Shown one piece after another: positions 1-8,972 of a stretch of DNA of 32,518 nucleotides. The stretch is from positions 1-32,518 of the forward strand of contig JAZRFU010000013.1 of assembly GCA_045643865.1 (NCBI GenBank), in the 5' to 3' direction. Source of the DNA: Eubacteriales bacterium (lineage in GTDB: Bacteria; Bacillota; Clostridia; Oscillospirales; CAG-272). The notes below the pieces were generated by a model that was not told the DNA's origin, did not search any database, and worked only from the letters and a program-made list of their open reading frames with translations. Both the position numbers and the translations under genes were made by a program. Each line of letters opens with the position of its first letter. Position 1 is the stretch's first letter.

Positions 1-42
1 AGCTTCTACGAGCGGTTAAGACAGAAAATGAACGATAAATAA
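1..42 (+). CDS. 3' end of an upstream gene truncated by the window edge (possibly NAD kinase)
   Basis: Frame 1 is open from base 1 and reads SFYERLRQKMNDK before TAA at 40-42. The tail and its position directly upstream of argR-recN fit the nadK-argR-recN order common in Firmicutes, but 13 residues cannot prove it. Confidence 0.3.
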   Translation, partial: SFYERLRQKMNDK

Positions 43-58
43 GACGGAGATTATAGAG

Positions 59-517
59 ATGAAAAAAGGAAGACAGGAAAAAATACTCGAGCTTATAACG
101 CGCTACGAGATAGAAACACAGGACGAGCTTATCGAATTTCTCGGTGAAGAGGGATATAACGTAACTCAAGCAACAATATCCAGAGATATAAGAGAGCTTG
201 ATCTTGTAAAGGTCACAACTCCCGACGGAGCATACAAGTACGTGGTTTCTCACGTTTCAAGAAAAAGTCCGCGTCCCAACGGAATGCTCGGTCATCCCGT
301 GGTGGATACCGTTACGAGCATAGTTTGTGCTCAAAATATAGTAGTTATCAGGACCACTCCCGGAATGGCGCAGGCAGTTGCTATATCGGTCGACAGAATA
401 CCTGATGACAATATTCTCGGTTGCGTTGCAGGCGACGACACTATAATGATAGTTACCCCCGATAATAATGCTGCACAAGGGGTTGCATCAAAGCTTAAAA
501 GATTGCTCTCCATATAA
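59..517 (+). CDS. argR: Arginine repressor ArgR/AhrC
   Basis: 152-aa ORF with GGAG (46-49) 9 nt upstream of the ATG. It has an N-terminal winged-helix segment (ETQDELIEFLGEEGYNVTQATISRDIRELDLVKV) and a C-terminal oligomerisation/arginine-binding segment (GCVAGDDTIMIV). Confidence 0.9.
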   Translation: MKKGRQEKILELITRYEIETQDELIEFLGEEGYNVTQATISRDIRELDLVKVTTPDGAYKYVVSHVSRKSPRPNGMLGHPVVDTVTSIVCAQNIVVIRTTPGMAQAVAISVDRIPDDNILGCVAGDDTIMIVTPDNNAAQGVASKLKRLLSI

Positions 518-564
518 ACAGGGCGATATAGAATGAAATAATTTTGCTTGAAAGGAGTATATTT

Positions 565-2232
565 ATGCTGAAATATCTACATATAGAAAACATTGCAGTC
601 GTCAAACGAGCAGATATAAGCTTTGGGAACGGCTTTTCCGTTCTTACCGGCGAAACCGGCGCAGGAAAATCAGTGATAATAGACAGTATAAATATGCTTA
701 CGGGATCGCGCGTGTCCAAGGATATAATACGCGCAGGAGAGGATTATGCCTTGGCGGAGGCAGTATTTGATGATCCGACGGAGGCGGTTTGCCGTAAGCT
801 TTCGGAGCTTGGCATCGACTGCGAGGACGGAGAGATAGTGCTTTCGGGCAAAATAACGTCGGACGGCAAATCAAACGTGAGAATAAACGGCAGAGCACTT
901 ACCAAATCAGCTTTGCGTGAGATAGCTAAAATGCTTATCTCAATACACGGTCAGAATGACGGACAGCTTTTGTTTTCCAAAAATGCATACGTTGCGATGA
1001 TCGACTCATACGGCGATTGCACCCCGCTTTTTGATGCATATTCAGCTATATATACCGATCTTGAGATCAATCGCAAGCGTCTTTGCGAGCTTACGCAAAA
1101 TGAAGAAGAAAAGGCGAGAAGACGGGATATGCTTGAGTATCAGATCAAGGATATCGACTCCAAGAAATTGCGTGTGGGTGAGGAAGAAGCGCTGGAGGAG
1201 GAAAGAATTAAGCTTTCCAATCTCGAAAAGATAAATAAGCACTTGAATTTTGCGCACAGAGTATTAAGCGGCGGCGAAAAGGGAAATGACGTTGCATATA
1301 TGCTTTCCCGCGCCTCCGATGCGCTTGCAAAAATATCGGATATAGTTCCCAATTCCGCAGCAATAGCCGAAAAGCTTACGGAGATGAGCTACGAGGTTTC
1401 GGATATATCGGAGCAGGTAAAAGAGCTTGCAAGCTCGGAATGTGATGATCCTGAGGCGCGTCTTGACAAGATAGAAACCCGTCTTGAAGCAATTGCTTCA
1501 CTCAAAAAGAGATACGGACGTGATATTGATTCAATTTTAGCGTTCAGGGATAATGCCGCGCGTGAGCTTGATGATATAGTGCTGTCGGACGAGCGTGCAC
1601 AGGAATGCACCTTGCGCATAGAGGAGCTTAAGAAGCGCGCGCAAACGGCGTCACAAGCTCTCACTAAGGCAAGAAAAACAGCCGCGGCGTCGGCATCGGA
1701 AAAAATTATGGATGTGCTGTCGTACCTCGATATGCCTAAGGTCAAATTTGAAATCAGGGTATCCGATGCGCAAGCATTCACCTCTACGGGTGGCGATATA
1801 ATAGAATTTTTGGCGGCAACCAATCCGGGAGAGCCAATGATGCCTATTGGTGATATAGCATCGGGCGGCGAGATGGCGAGAATAATGCTTGCCATAAAGA
1901 GCATACTCAATGAAAAGGACGGTGTTTCCTGCTCGGTATATGATGAGATAGACACGGGAATTTCGGGAAAAACGTCGCGAAAAATAGGAGTAAAGCTTCA
2001 CGCAATAGCCAAGCAAAATCAAGTTATCTGCGTAACTCACTCGGCACAGATAGCAACGCTTGCCGATAATCACTATCTCATCTCCAAAGAGGAAATAGAC
2101 GGCAGAGCGCATACAAGTATAAGAGTGCTTAATGACGAGCAAAGAGTCGAGGAAGCGGCGAGAATACTCGGCGGAATCAATATTACGGACGCCCAAAGAC
2201 AGGCGGCGCGAGATATGCTTGCCGAAAGGTGA
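565..2232 (+). CDS. recN: DNA repair protein RecN
   Basis: ATG at 565 is preceded by AAAGGAG (551-557). The track start at 544 is a TTG upstream of the RBS. Walker A is GETGAGKS, followed by a long coiled-coil middle and a C-terminal signature/Walker B region (SGGEMARIMLAIK, SVYDEIDTGISG). Confidence 0.92.
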   Translation: MLKYLHIENIAVVKRADISFGNGFSVLTGETGAGKSVIIDSINMLTGSRVSKDIIRAGEDYALAEAVFDDPTEAVCRKLSELGIDCEDGEIVLSGKITSDGKSNVRINGRALTKSALREIAKMLISIHGQNDGQLLFSKNAYVAMIDSYGDCTPLFDAYSAIYTDLEINRKRLCELTQNEEEKARRRDMLEYQIKDIDSKKLRVGEEEALEEERIKLSNLEKINKHLNFAHRVLSGGEKGNDVAYMLSRASDALAKISDIVPNSAAIAEKLTEMSYEVSDISEQVKELASSECDDPEARLDKIETRLEAIASLKKRYGRDIDSILAFRDNAARELDDIVLSDERAQECTLRIEELKKRAQTASQALTKARKTAAASASEKIMDVLSYLDMPKVKFEIRVSDAQAFTSTGGDIIEFLAATNPGEPMMPIGDIASGGEMARIMLAIKSILNEKDGVSCSVYDEIDTGISGKTSRKIGVKLHAIAKQNQVICVTHSAQIATLADNHYLISKEEIDGRAHTSIRVLNDEQRVEEAARILGGINITDAQRQAARDMLAER

Positions 2233-2261
2233 TATTTTTAACTTTTTAATGGAAAATACTA

Positions 2262-2290
2262 TTGAAAGTTTTATTTGGTTGTGATATAAT
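2262..2290 (+). promoter_or_regulatory. Sigma-A-type promoter for argS
   Basis: TTGAAA (2262-2267), 17-bp spacer, TGaTATAAT (2282-2290). It lies 66 nt upstream of the argS ATG. Confidence 0.6.
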
Positions 2291-2356
2291 ATTCGTTGCG
2301 ACTTTTTAGAATTATAAAATATACAGGACATATTAAGAAAGGTATAGGTCTTATAA

Positions 2357-4093
2357 ATGCTGAAGATCAAATTATCTATTGCACAAAAAATACTTAACGG
2401 AGTATTAAGCATAAATCCCGACGCGGCAATGACCGCGGAGGAAATATCTCAAATGCTGGAGTATCCGCCCGATGTCAATATGGGCGACCTCGCATTCCCT
2501 TGCTTTAAGCTCTCTAAAACACTCCGCCGTTCTCCCGTGCAGATAGCCGCAACTATCGCAGAGGGACTTGCAGGCGAGGAGATCGAGAGCGCAGAGGCGG
2601 TAAACGGATACCTCAATATAAGAGTATCCAACGAATATCTTGGCAAAAACGTGCTTGCCGAAATACTCGATAAAAAAGAAAATTACGGCGCGCCCGAGAT
2701 AGGAAAGGGAAAAACAGTCGTTCTTGACTATTCATCACCTAACGTGGCAAAGCCGTTCCACATAGGACATCTCGGAACCACAGTTATCGGTCACGCGCTC
2801 AAAAAGCTGCACGAGTTTGCAGGATATAAGTGCGTAGGCATCAACTACCTCGGCGACTGGGGAACACAGTTCGGTAAGCTTATCGTGGCATATCGCCTGT
2901 GGGGCGACAAGAAGCAGATCGAGGAGGGCGGCATAGACCGTCTGGTTGAGCTTTACGTAAGAATCAATAACGAGATAAAGGGCGACGAGGAAAAGGGAAT
3001 TGCTCCCCGTAACGATCTTGCCGATCAGGCAAGAGAGGAATTTCACAAGATGGAAATCGGCGACGAGGAGAATATTGCTCTTTGGAAATGGTTTGTCGAG
3101 ATAAGTCTTGAGGAATATCAGAAGACGTACAAGCAGCTTGGCATCGAGTTCGACAGCTACAAGGGCGAGAGCTTCTATACCGATAAAATGCCTGCGCAGG
3201 TCGAAAAGCTGCGCCAGAGCGGACTTATGAAAATAGACGACGGCGCATCAATAGTCGATCTCGAGGAATACGGTATGCCTCCTTGCCTTATCTTGAAGCG
3301 TGACGGCTCTACGCTTTATCCCACGCGTGATATTGCGGCGGCTGTTTACAGAAAAGAGCATTATAATTTCGATAAGTGTATATACGTTACAAGTACACAG
3401 CAGATACTCCACTTCAAGCAGTGGTTCAAGGTAGTAGAGCTGATGGGATACGATTGGTACGAGGGACTTGTTCACGTACCCTACGGAACTGTATCGCTCG
3501 GTGGCGCAAAGCTGGCTACGAGAACGGGTAACGTGGTGCTTCTCAAGGACTTGTTTGCGCAGGCGATCGAGAAGGTTATGGGAATTATGGAGGAGAAGAA
3601 CCCCGAGCTTCGCGGACGCGAGGATATAGCTGAGGCGGTCGGCGTCGGCGCGGTAGTATTCTATTACCTCACCAACAACAGAATAAAGGACATAAACTTC
3701 AATCTCGAGGAAGCGCTCAGCTTCGACGGCAATACAGGACCGTACGTTCAGTACACCTACGCGCGTTCTTGCTCCATACTTGAAAAGGCAAAGGATATAG
3801 CACTCTCTGACGAGATCGTTATAAGCTGTGCAGAGGAAGCCAATCTTCTTAAGGTTATGGCGCAGTACGAGGAAAAGGTACTCACGGCTATACGCGATTA
3901 CGAGCCGTCTGTCATTACGAGATTTATACTGGATCTTGCAGTTGCGTTCAATAAGTTCTATCATGAATGTCAGATAGTCAGCGCGACTGATGAAAAGGTC
4001 AGAAGCACGAGAATAAGACTGACCGAGGCAACTAAGTACGTGCTTGGAAGCGCATTCTCGCTTATATGTCTTAAAAAGACGGAGCGCATATAA
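2357..4093 (+). CDS. argS: Arginine--tRNA ligase
   Basis: 578 aa. Class I HIGH motif within PFHIGHLG, a KMSK-equivalent KLATRTGNVV, and a C-terminal anticodon-binding region. The architecture is ArgS-like over the full length. Confidence 0.95.
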   Translation: MLKIKLSIAQKILNGVLSINPDAAMTAEEISQMLEYPPDVNMGDLAFPCFKLSKTLRRSPVQIAATIAEGLAGEEIESAEAVNGYLNIRVSNEYLGKNVLAEILDKKENYGAPEIGKGKTVVLDYSSPNVAKPFHIGHLGTTVIGHALKKLHEFAGYKCVGINYLGDWGTQFGKLIVAYRLWGDKKQIEEGGIDRLVELYVRINNEIKGDEEKGIAPRNDLADQAREEFHKMEIGDEENIALWKWFVEISLEEYQKTYKQLGIEFDSYKGESFYTDKMPAQVEKLRQSGLMKIDDGASIVDLEEYGMPPCLILKRDGSTLYPTRDIAAAVYRKEHYNFDKCIYVTSTQQILHFKQWFKVVELMGYDWYEGLVHVPYGTVSLGGAKLATRTGNVVLLKDLFAQAIEKVMGIMEEKNPELRGREDIAEAVGVGAVVFYYLTNNRIKDINFNLEEALSFDGNTGPYVQYTYARSCSILEKAKDIALSDEIVISCAEEANLLKVMAQYEEKVLTAIRDYEPSVITRFILDLAVAFNKFYHECQIVSATDEKVRSTRIRLTEATKYVLGSAFSLICLKKTERI

Positions 4094-4132
4094 GAAAAAT
4101 TTTGTGTTAATAATTGAAAGGAATATAAAGGT

Positions 4133-4867
4133 ATGTCAGGACATAGCAAATGGGCTAATATCAAGCACAAGAAGGAAAAGACCGACGCCGCACGCGCAAA
4201 GGTATTCACAAGAATAGGTAAGGAGATAACCGTTGCAGTAAAGGAAGGCGGCGGAGATCCCACATCTAACTCCAAGCTTCGTGACCTTATACAGAAGGCA
4301 AAGGCAAATAACGTTCCCAACGATAATATCGAGAGAACGATAAAGAAGGCACTCGGCGGTACGGGTGAATCCTATGAGGAGGTCGTTTACGAGGGATACG
4401 GTCCCGCGGGAATCGCAGTTATCGTTGAAGCGGCAACCGACAACAGAAACAGAACCGCAGGTAACGTGCGTTCGTATTTTTCCAAGTATCACGGAAATAT
4501 GGGACAGACGGGCTGTGTAAGCTTTATGTTTGAGGATAAGGGCGTGATCGTTATTATGGACGAGGACGGCGAGATCGACGAGGACAAGCTCATGGAAACC
4601 GCGCTTGAGGCAGGAGCAGAGGATTTTTCGGGCGAGGACGGAGTATTTGAGATATATACCGATCCCGATGACGTTTATGCTATTGCAGATACGCTTAAGG
4701 AGGCGGGATACACTATGGAATCTGCAGAGAAGACCAAGGTTCCTACCACGAGCGTTACGCTTGACAGTGAGGATGACATAAAGTTTATGTCACTGCTCAT
4801 CGAAAAGCTTGAGGAGGACGATGACGTCCTTGAGGTTTATCACAACTGGGAAAACTGTGACAACTAA
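4133..4867 (+). CDS. YebC/PmpR family DNA-binding transcriptional regulator
   Basis: 244 aa with the hallmark N-terminus MSGHSKWANIKHKKEKTDAARAKVFTRIGKEI. An RBS (GAAAGGAA) lies upstream. Confidence 0.9.
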   Translation: MSGHSKWANIKHKKEKTDAARAKVFTRIGKEITVAVKEGGGDPTSNSKLRDLIQKAKANNVPNDNIERTIKKALGGTGESYEEVVYEGYGPAGIAVIVEAATDNRNRTAGNVRSYFSKYHGNMGQTGCVSFMFEDKGVIVIMDEDGEIDEDKLMETALEAGAEDFSGEDGVFEIYTDPDDVYAIADTLKEAGYTMESAEKTKVPTTSVTLDSEDDIKFMSLLIEKLEEDDDVLEVYHNWENCDN

Positions 4868-4870
4868 AAG

Positions 4871-4920
4871 CAAAACGGGGTTTTAGCAAATGCAAAAGCC
4901 CCGTTTGATACAATTTTTTT
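4871..4920 (+). terminator. Intrinsic terminator after the yebC-family gene
   Basis: Hairpin CAAAACGGGGTTTT / AAAAGCCCCGTTTG (4871-4908), then a T-run ending at 4920. Confidence 0.6.
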
Positions 4921-4934
4921 AGAGGAGAATAGAA

Positions 4935-6365
4935 ATGCAGAAGCAGCATAAGAAGCTAATATCAAATACATTGATATTTACCGTGGGTAAGTTTGTTTCC
5001 AAGCTTATCGTTATTCTTATGCTTCCTTTCTATACGTCCTATCTTTCAAGCGCGGAATACAGCACCTCGGACCTTATCACCAATCTGTGTAATTTGCTTA
5101 TACCGATAGCGTGTCTTGGAGTCAGCGAGGGAATATTCAGAAGCGCGGCGGCGAAGAATTCGGATAAAGAGTCATTCTTTACAAATGGCGTATTTCTTAT
5201 GCTGATGGGTAGCGCGGGATTTCTCGCTCTGTCACCGCTGTTAAATCTTTTTGATTATTTCAGCGATTATATATGGCTTATCATAGCTTACGTGATCGCG
5301 TCGAATATCCATTCAGTTTGCTCGCAGTACGTCTGTGCAATAGGCAGAACCAAGCTTTTTGCTGGTCAGGGTGTGCTCAATACGATGCTCACGGTGGTGC
5401 TCAATATCATTTTCCTTGTGGGATTTGATATGGGAATATACGGATACGTGCTTTCTATCGTGCTTGCCGATCTTATCTCTGCGCTGTTTCTTTTCTTTGT
5501 TGCCAAGCTTTATAGGGCATTCAAAATAAAGAAGATAAACGGCGGAATAATGAAGGAGCTGCTCAAATTCTGCTTGCCACTCATTCCGTCTACGGTGTTT
5601 TGGTGGATAACGGGTGTGTCGGACAGATATATGGTCGCATATCTCTGCTCTGATGAGATGAATGGACTGTATGCCGCGGCGTATAAGATACCAACGCTTC
5701 TGACCTACGTAGTGGTTATATTCAACGACGCATGGAAGCTCTCCGCGGTCGCTGAATCGGACGACAGGGAAAAGTGCGCTAAATTTTATTCCGAGGTATT
5801 CAAATACTATATTGCAGTTATGTTTGCGGGCGGAGCGATACTTGCGGTCGGCGCACAGATATTTGCCAAAATACTGTTTGCCGAGAGCTATTTTGCGGCT
5901 TGGATATATATCCCGATACTTTCTGCGGCAACTGTGTTCACAGCGCTCGATACCTTCCTCGGCAGCGCATATTTTACCGTTAAGAAGACGGGAATGTCCT
6001 TCTGGACTGCGCTGATAGGCGCGGCGGTCAACATTACGCTGAATATTATTATGATACCTATGTGGGGAGCAATGGGAGCTTCTATTGCTACCTATATAAG
6101 CTATTTTGCAGTGTTCGTTATCCGCGCACTTACAATGCAACGCTTTATTCCGTTCAGAATGTATCCCTTAAAGCTTGTAATAAATACGGTACTGATAAGC
6201 GCTATTGCCGTGATAATGTCAATTTGGGGAAATACATCTGTTGGCATAGCTATATCGTGTGCAATACTGCTTATAAGTATTATTGTAAACGGAAAGGATA
6301 TAGTCAAGGGTTGCTTTGACGTGTTGAGATCCTTGAAAAACAGAAAAAACGCGCAAGTTGAATAA
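4935..6365 (+). CDS. MOP-superfamily polysaccharide-biosynthesis / oligosaccharide flippase protein (Wzx/SpoVB/MurJ-like)
   Basis: 476 aa, strongly hydrophobic with many predicted TM helices. The N-terminus KLISNTLIFTVGKFVSKLIVILMLPFYT is typical of the Polysacc_synt family. RBS AGAGGAG at 4921-4927. Confidence 0.75.
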   Translation: MQKQHKKLISNTLIFTVGKFVSKLIVILMLPFYTSYLSSAEYSTSDLITNLCNLLIPIACLGVSEGIFRSAAAKNSDKESFFTNGVFLMLMGSAGFLALSPLLNLFDYFSDYIWLIIAYVIASNIHSVCSQYVCAIGRTKLFAGQGVLNTMLTVVLNIIFLVGFDMGIYGYVLSIVLADLISALFLFFVAKLYRAFKIKKINGGIMKELLKFCLPLIPSTVFWWITGVSDRYMVAYLCSDEMNGLYAAAYKIPTLLTYVVVIFNDAWKLSAVAESDDREKCAKFYSEVFKYYIAVMFAGGAILAVGAQIFAKILFAESYFAAWIYIPILSAATVFTALDTFLGSAYFTVKKTGMSFWTALIGAAVNITLNIIMIPMWGAMGASIATYISYFAVFVIRALTMQRFIPFRMYPLKLVINTVLISAIAVIMSIWGNTSVGIAISCAILLISIIVNGKDIVKGCFDVLRSLKNRKNAQVE

Positions 6366-6400
6366 TTTACAAAAAATTCATACTTTTTTGTGCTTTTCTA

Positions 6401-6429
6401 TTGCAAAAATGAGATAAATATGGTATAAT
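6401..6429 (+). promoter_or_regulatory. Sigma-A-type promoter for rplS
   Basis: TTGCAA (6401-6406), 17-bp spacer, TGgTATAAT (6421-6429). Confidence 0.65.
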
Positions 6430-6512
6430 TATCTCCGCGTGTGAAACGCGATAATTTTAAGGGTGGTCCGCTGCAATGCTCGCATGAACATCCGGATTTT
6501 AAGGAGGGCTTT
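6430..6512 (+). promoter_or_regulatory. Structured 5' leader of rplS (candidate L19 autoregulatory leader)
   Basis: About 80 nt between the -10 and the ATG. It contains hairpin CGCGT-gtgaa-ACGCG (6436-6450). A near-copy of the RBS region, ATTTTAAGGGTGG (6454-6466), resembles ATTTTAAGGAGGG (6496-6508). L19 leaders are known in Firmicutes. Confidence 0.4.
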
Positions 6513-6863
6513 ATGGATCTTATTAAGGCTTTTACAAACGAGCAACTCAAAACAGAGGTACCCCAGTTCAAGATCGGTGACACCGTTCGTGTACACAACA
6601 AGATAGTAGAGGGTACGAGAGAAAGAATTCAGATGTACGAGGGTACTGTTATCGCAAAGCATGAGGGTGGCATTTCTTCCACTTTCACCGTAAGAAGAAT
6701 TGCTTACGGCTGCGGCGTAGAGAAGACCTTCCCGCTCCACTCCCCCAACGTAGTAGCAGTTGACGTTATCCGTAAGGGTAAGGTAAGACGTGCTAAGCTG
6801 TACTACCTGCGTGGCAGAGTTGGTAAGGCATCCAAGGTTAAAGAGGATATCACAAGAGCTTAA
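6513..6863 (+). CDS. rplS: 50S ribosomal protein L19
   Basis: ATG at 6513, with AAGGAGG at 6501-6507. The N-terminus [34 protein letters not shown] is canonical L19. The track start 6441 (GTG) lies in the leader. Confidence 0.95.
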   Translation: MDLIKAFTNEQLKTEVPQFKIGDTVRVHNKIVEGTRERIQMYEGTVIAKHEGGISSTFTVRRIAYGCGVEKTFPLHSPNVVAVDVIRKGKVRRAKLYYLRGRVGKASKVKEDITRA

Positions 6864-6878
6864 TTCTTTGTCTGAAAA

Positions 6879-6924
6879 TATAGGAGAGCAGCGCCGATGC
6901 GTTGCTCTCCTATATTTTTATTTA
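6879..6924. terminator. Bidirectional intrinsic terminator between rplS and the convergent ROK-like gene
   Basis: Perfect 12-bp stem TATAGGAGAGCA (6879-6890) / TGCTCTCCTATA (6903-6914), with T-runs on both strands. Confidence 0.8.
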
Positions 6925-6936
6925 TATTTGCGAAAT

Positions 6937-7983
6937 TCATTCATCACTTGCCTTGATATACCGTTTGATGATGGCCAGAAGTGTGGCACGGGCCGCGCCA
7001 AGAGTGCGTATCGGAACATCGTTTGATACATTAATTATTCTTGGCGGCATGATACCGCACATAGCAAATCGCTTGGATATGCCGTGCATGGTGGAGGCAT
7101 CACATTTAAACTTGTCGGATTCTATTATAACAGTTTGGGAGCTAAAAACACAGCACATAATGTTTGCAAGTCTGAATGATGTGTCGCAAAACATTTTCAA
7201 ATTGGAAGCGCCGGACAAAACGGCTGACGCGGTATCGGTATCATTCAGCAAAAGCTCCGATGCTTTAACGGTTGTAACATGTCCATCGCCGTTGATGTGG
7301 AATGCGGATATGTGATTGCCTGCAAATATATACGATACTCCGTAAACAGAGTCTGCATTGTCTATAAGTCCGAATTTTATCGCCGCGGCAACTGAATCTG
7401 ATACACTTATATGCATAAGAGCATGGGATTTGAATATCGATGATATAACCTGATCTGTCCTGAAGCTTTCATTCACTGTCGGTAAGCGCAGTGATTCGGA
7501 ATATGAGCCGGATAAATACGATGAGTCATTATCCGCATAAATTATGCATACGGCATTCACTGTAATTCCGCGCTGCTTTATTTTAAGTCCGCTGCGAGAG
7601 AGAAAGACGTGCAAATTATCTTCAAATAAAGTGTTGTGATCGCATGAATATCTGTCGGAAAATATGCATTTGGATTCGCCTGATATTATATGGATAGTGA
7701 ATGATGCTTTGGAGATATCCAGCACCATAATTTTGCAATCATCGTTGAGCGTAAGATGATTTTGAGGACGGCAGCCGCTTTTTACGGAATAAAGCCGTTC
7801 ATTCATAAATCCGCTGTCAACAAGCGCAGACGCGACCTTTCCGACACTTGATAAGCTGGCACCGCTCATCTTGCGCGCCTTGTCGCGCGTATCTATGTGC
7901 GCAGTAAGGAACGAGCTTACGATAATGTCAAGTAAAGGACGTTTTATATCTGTTTTGATTTTTACAAATAGCGGTCGTTTCAT
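6937..7983 (-). CDS. Divergent ROK-like protein (wHTH plus sugar-kinase/ASKHA-like fold), function unknown
   Basis: ATG at 7983 with GGAG (7993-7990) 6 nt upstream. The track start 7995 is a TTG overlapping the RBS. Layout resembles ROK repressors: an HTH-like segment ARKMSGASLSSVGKVASALVDSGFM, then KIMVLDISKASFTIHII, VSDSVAAAIKFG and YIFAGNHISAFHING. There is no glycine-rich DxGxT loop and no CxCGxxGC zinc motif. Confidence 0.45.
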   Translation of the reverse strand: MKRPLFVKIKTDIKRPLLDIIVSSFLTAHIDTRDKARKMSGASLSSVGKVASALVDSGFMNERLYSVKSGCRPQNHLTLNDDCKIMVLDISKASFTIHIISGESKCIFSDRYSCDHNTLFEDNLHVFLSRSGLKIKQRGITVNAVCIIYADNDSSYLSGSYSESLRLPTVNESFRTDQVISSIFKSHALMHISVSDSVAAAIKFGLIDNADSVYGVSYIFAGNHISAFHINGDGHVTTVKASELLLNDTDTASAVLSGASNLKMFCDTSFRLANIMCCVFSSQTVIIESDKFKCDASTMHGISKRFAMCGIMPPRIINVSNDVPIRTLGAARATLLAIIKRYIKASDE

Positions 7984-8010
7984 ATATTTCTCCAAAATGT
8001 TCTTTATTAA

Positions 8011-8039
8011 ATTATAATCAAATAACAGTGCTGTGTCAA
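8011..8039 (-). promoter_or_regulatory. Sigma-A-type promoter for the ROK-like gene
   Basis: On the minus strand: TTGACA (8039-8034), 17-bp spacer, TATAAT (8016-8011). This predicts a leader of about 20 nt. Confidence 0.6.
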
Positions 8040-8119
8040 GTTGAAAGATACATAAATAGGCCTTTGCTTAATAAAAGAAAAATAATATTCGAAAAAGGAA
8101 AAAATATTTGTAAAATCTA

Positions 8120-8148
8120 TTGACAAATGCTTTTCTTAATGTTATAAT
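8120..8148 (+). promoter_or_regulatory. Sigma-A-type promoter for rplU-prp-rpmA
   Basis: TTGACA (8120-8125), 17-bp spacer, TGtTATAAT (8140-8148). Confidence 0.7.
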
Positions 8149-8233
8149 AGTATGCCGCATAAAAATGGCTTTTTTAAGTGCGTCTAAAAACGCCGCCATC
8201 ATAGCGAGACTTAATGAAAGAGAGGTGCTTTTC
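8149..8233 (+). promoter_or_regulatory. Structured 5' leader of rplU operon (candidate L21 leader)
   Basis: 85-nt leader. Nested helices ATGGC (8165-8169) / GCCAT (8195-8199) enclose GCGT-ctaaaa-ACGC (8180-8193). An L21 leader upstream of rplU-ysxB-rpmA is known in Firmicutes. Confidence 0.4.
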
Positions 8234-8545
8234 GTGTTTGCAATAATCGAAACCGGCGGAAAGCAGTATAAGGTAACAGAGCAGGATATTATCTTTGTTG
8301 AGAAGCTTGACTGCGCAGAAGGCGATGAAATCACGTTTGACAAGGTTGTCGCTTTGTCAACCGAGGCAGGCTTTAAGGCAGGCGCTCCCACAGTTGAGGG
8401 TGCTGTTGTTAAGGGTACTGTAGTAAAGAACGGCAAGGGAAAGAAGATCTATGTTCTCAAGTACAAGTCTAAGAAAGACTCGAAGAAGAAGATCGGTCAC
8501 AGACAGCCCTACACCAAGGTTCAGATCACATCTATCGTTGGCTGA
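8234..8545 (+). CDS. rplU: 50S ribosomal protein L21
   Basis: GTG start at 8234, 8 nt after AAAGAGAGG. The N-terminus (M)[17 protein letters not shown] is canonical L21. The track start 8120 coincides with the promoter -35. Confidence 0.93.
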   Translation: MFAIIETGGKQYKVTEQDIIFVEKLDCAEGDEITFDKVVALSTEAGFKAGAPTVEGAVVKGTVVKNGKGKKIYVLKYKSKKDSKKKIGHRQPYTKVQITSIVG

Positions 8546-8550
8546 TCGTT

Positions 8551-8913
8551 ATGACGAAAATAGTATTTTTTCGAAGTGACGGAATTTTTTACGGCTTTGA
8601 AGAGCAGGGACATACCGGATTCGGCGAGGAAGGCGATGACGTGCTTTGCGCGGCGCTTTCGGCAATGACAATGCTCGTTATCAATACCGTAGAGGCGGCT
8701 TACGCTTCCTCCGTTGATTATGAAATTGACGAAAAAACTACAAATATCCGAGTCAGATCAAGAGCCGCGCTTCCCGAATTTGAGGAGGACGAGCTTAAAA
8801 GATATGCGGTATCGGGAATATTCCTTGCATACTATAAGCAGATCGAGGATCTGGTAGAGGAGTACTACGACTATTTGGATGTGTCTGTACAAGACAGACC
8901 GTACGACCTTTGA
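8551..8913 (+). CDS. prp: Ribosomal-processing cysteine protease Prp (YsxB family)
   Basis: 120 aa, located between rplU and rpmA. The His/Cys dyad context [21 protein letters not shown] (H21, C33) matches Prp. Confidence 0.85.
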   Translation: MTKIVFFRSDGIFYGFEEQGHTGFGEEGDDVLCAALSAMTMLVINTVEAAYASSVDYEIDEKTTNIRVRSRAALPEFEEDELKRYAVSGIFLAYYKQIEDLVEEYYDYLDVSVQDRPYDL

Positions 8914-8972
8914 TGGCGTACAAAAAGAGCACTACGGTGCAACAACAGATTAATTATCAGGAGGTAAAGATA

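Noticed and set aside
2233-2356. Possible T-box leader or ARG box upstream of argS, given the neighbouring argR
   Set aside because: The leader is about 60 nt, too short for a T-box. It has no specifier or antiterminator features and no TGAAT-N4-ATTCA-type ARG-box palindrome.
1651-2412. 253-aa minus-strand ORF inside recN. Similar ORFs occur at 3248-3964, 5313-6140, 12949-13731, 24817-25512 and 29011-29925, and on the plus strand at 17287-17919.
   Set aside because: All sit in the codon-aligned antisense frame of a confidently identified gene (checked by coordinates modulo 3). They are shadow ORFs caused by codon bias.
6441-6512. N-terminal extensions of track ORFs. Examples: rplS from 6441, rplU from 8120, rpmA from 8910, the rluA-like gene from 9254, glyA from 10961, rbr from 20789, the lipoprotein gene from 28005, dxs from 28597 and recN from 544.
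   Set aside because: The extensions begin at alternative or unsupported start codons with no properly spaced RBS, overlap promoters, terminators or leaders, and add residues absent from the family N-termini. In most cases an internal ATG or GTG with a properly spaced Shine-Dalgarno sequence gives the canonical N-terminus. The rluA-like gene is the exception: its internal ATG was chosen on its family-typical N-terminus alone, with no strong RBS.
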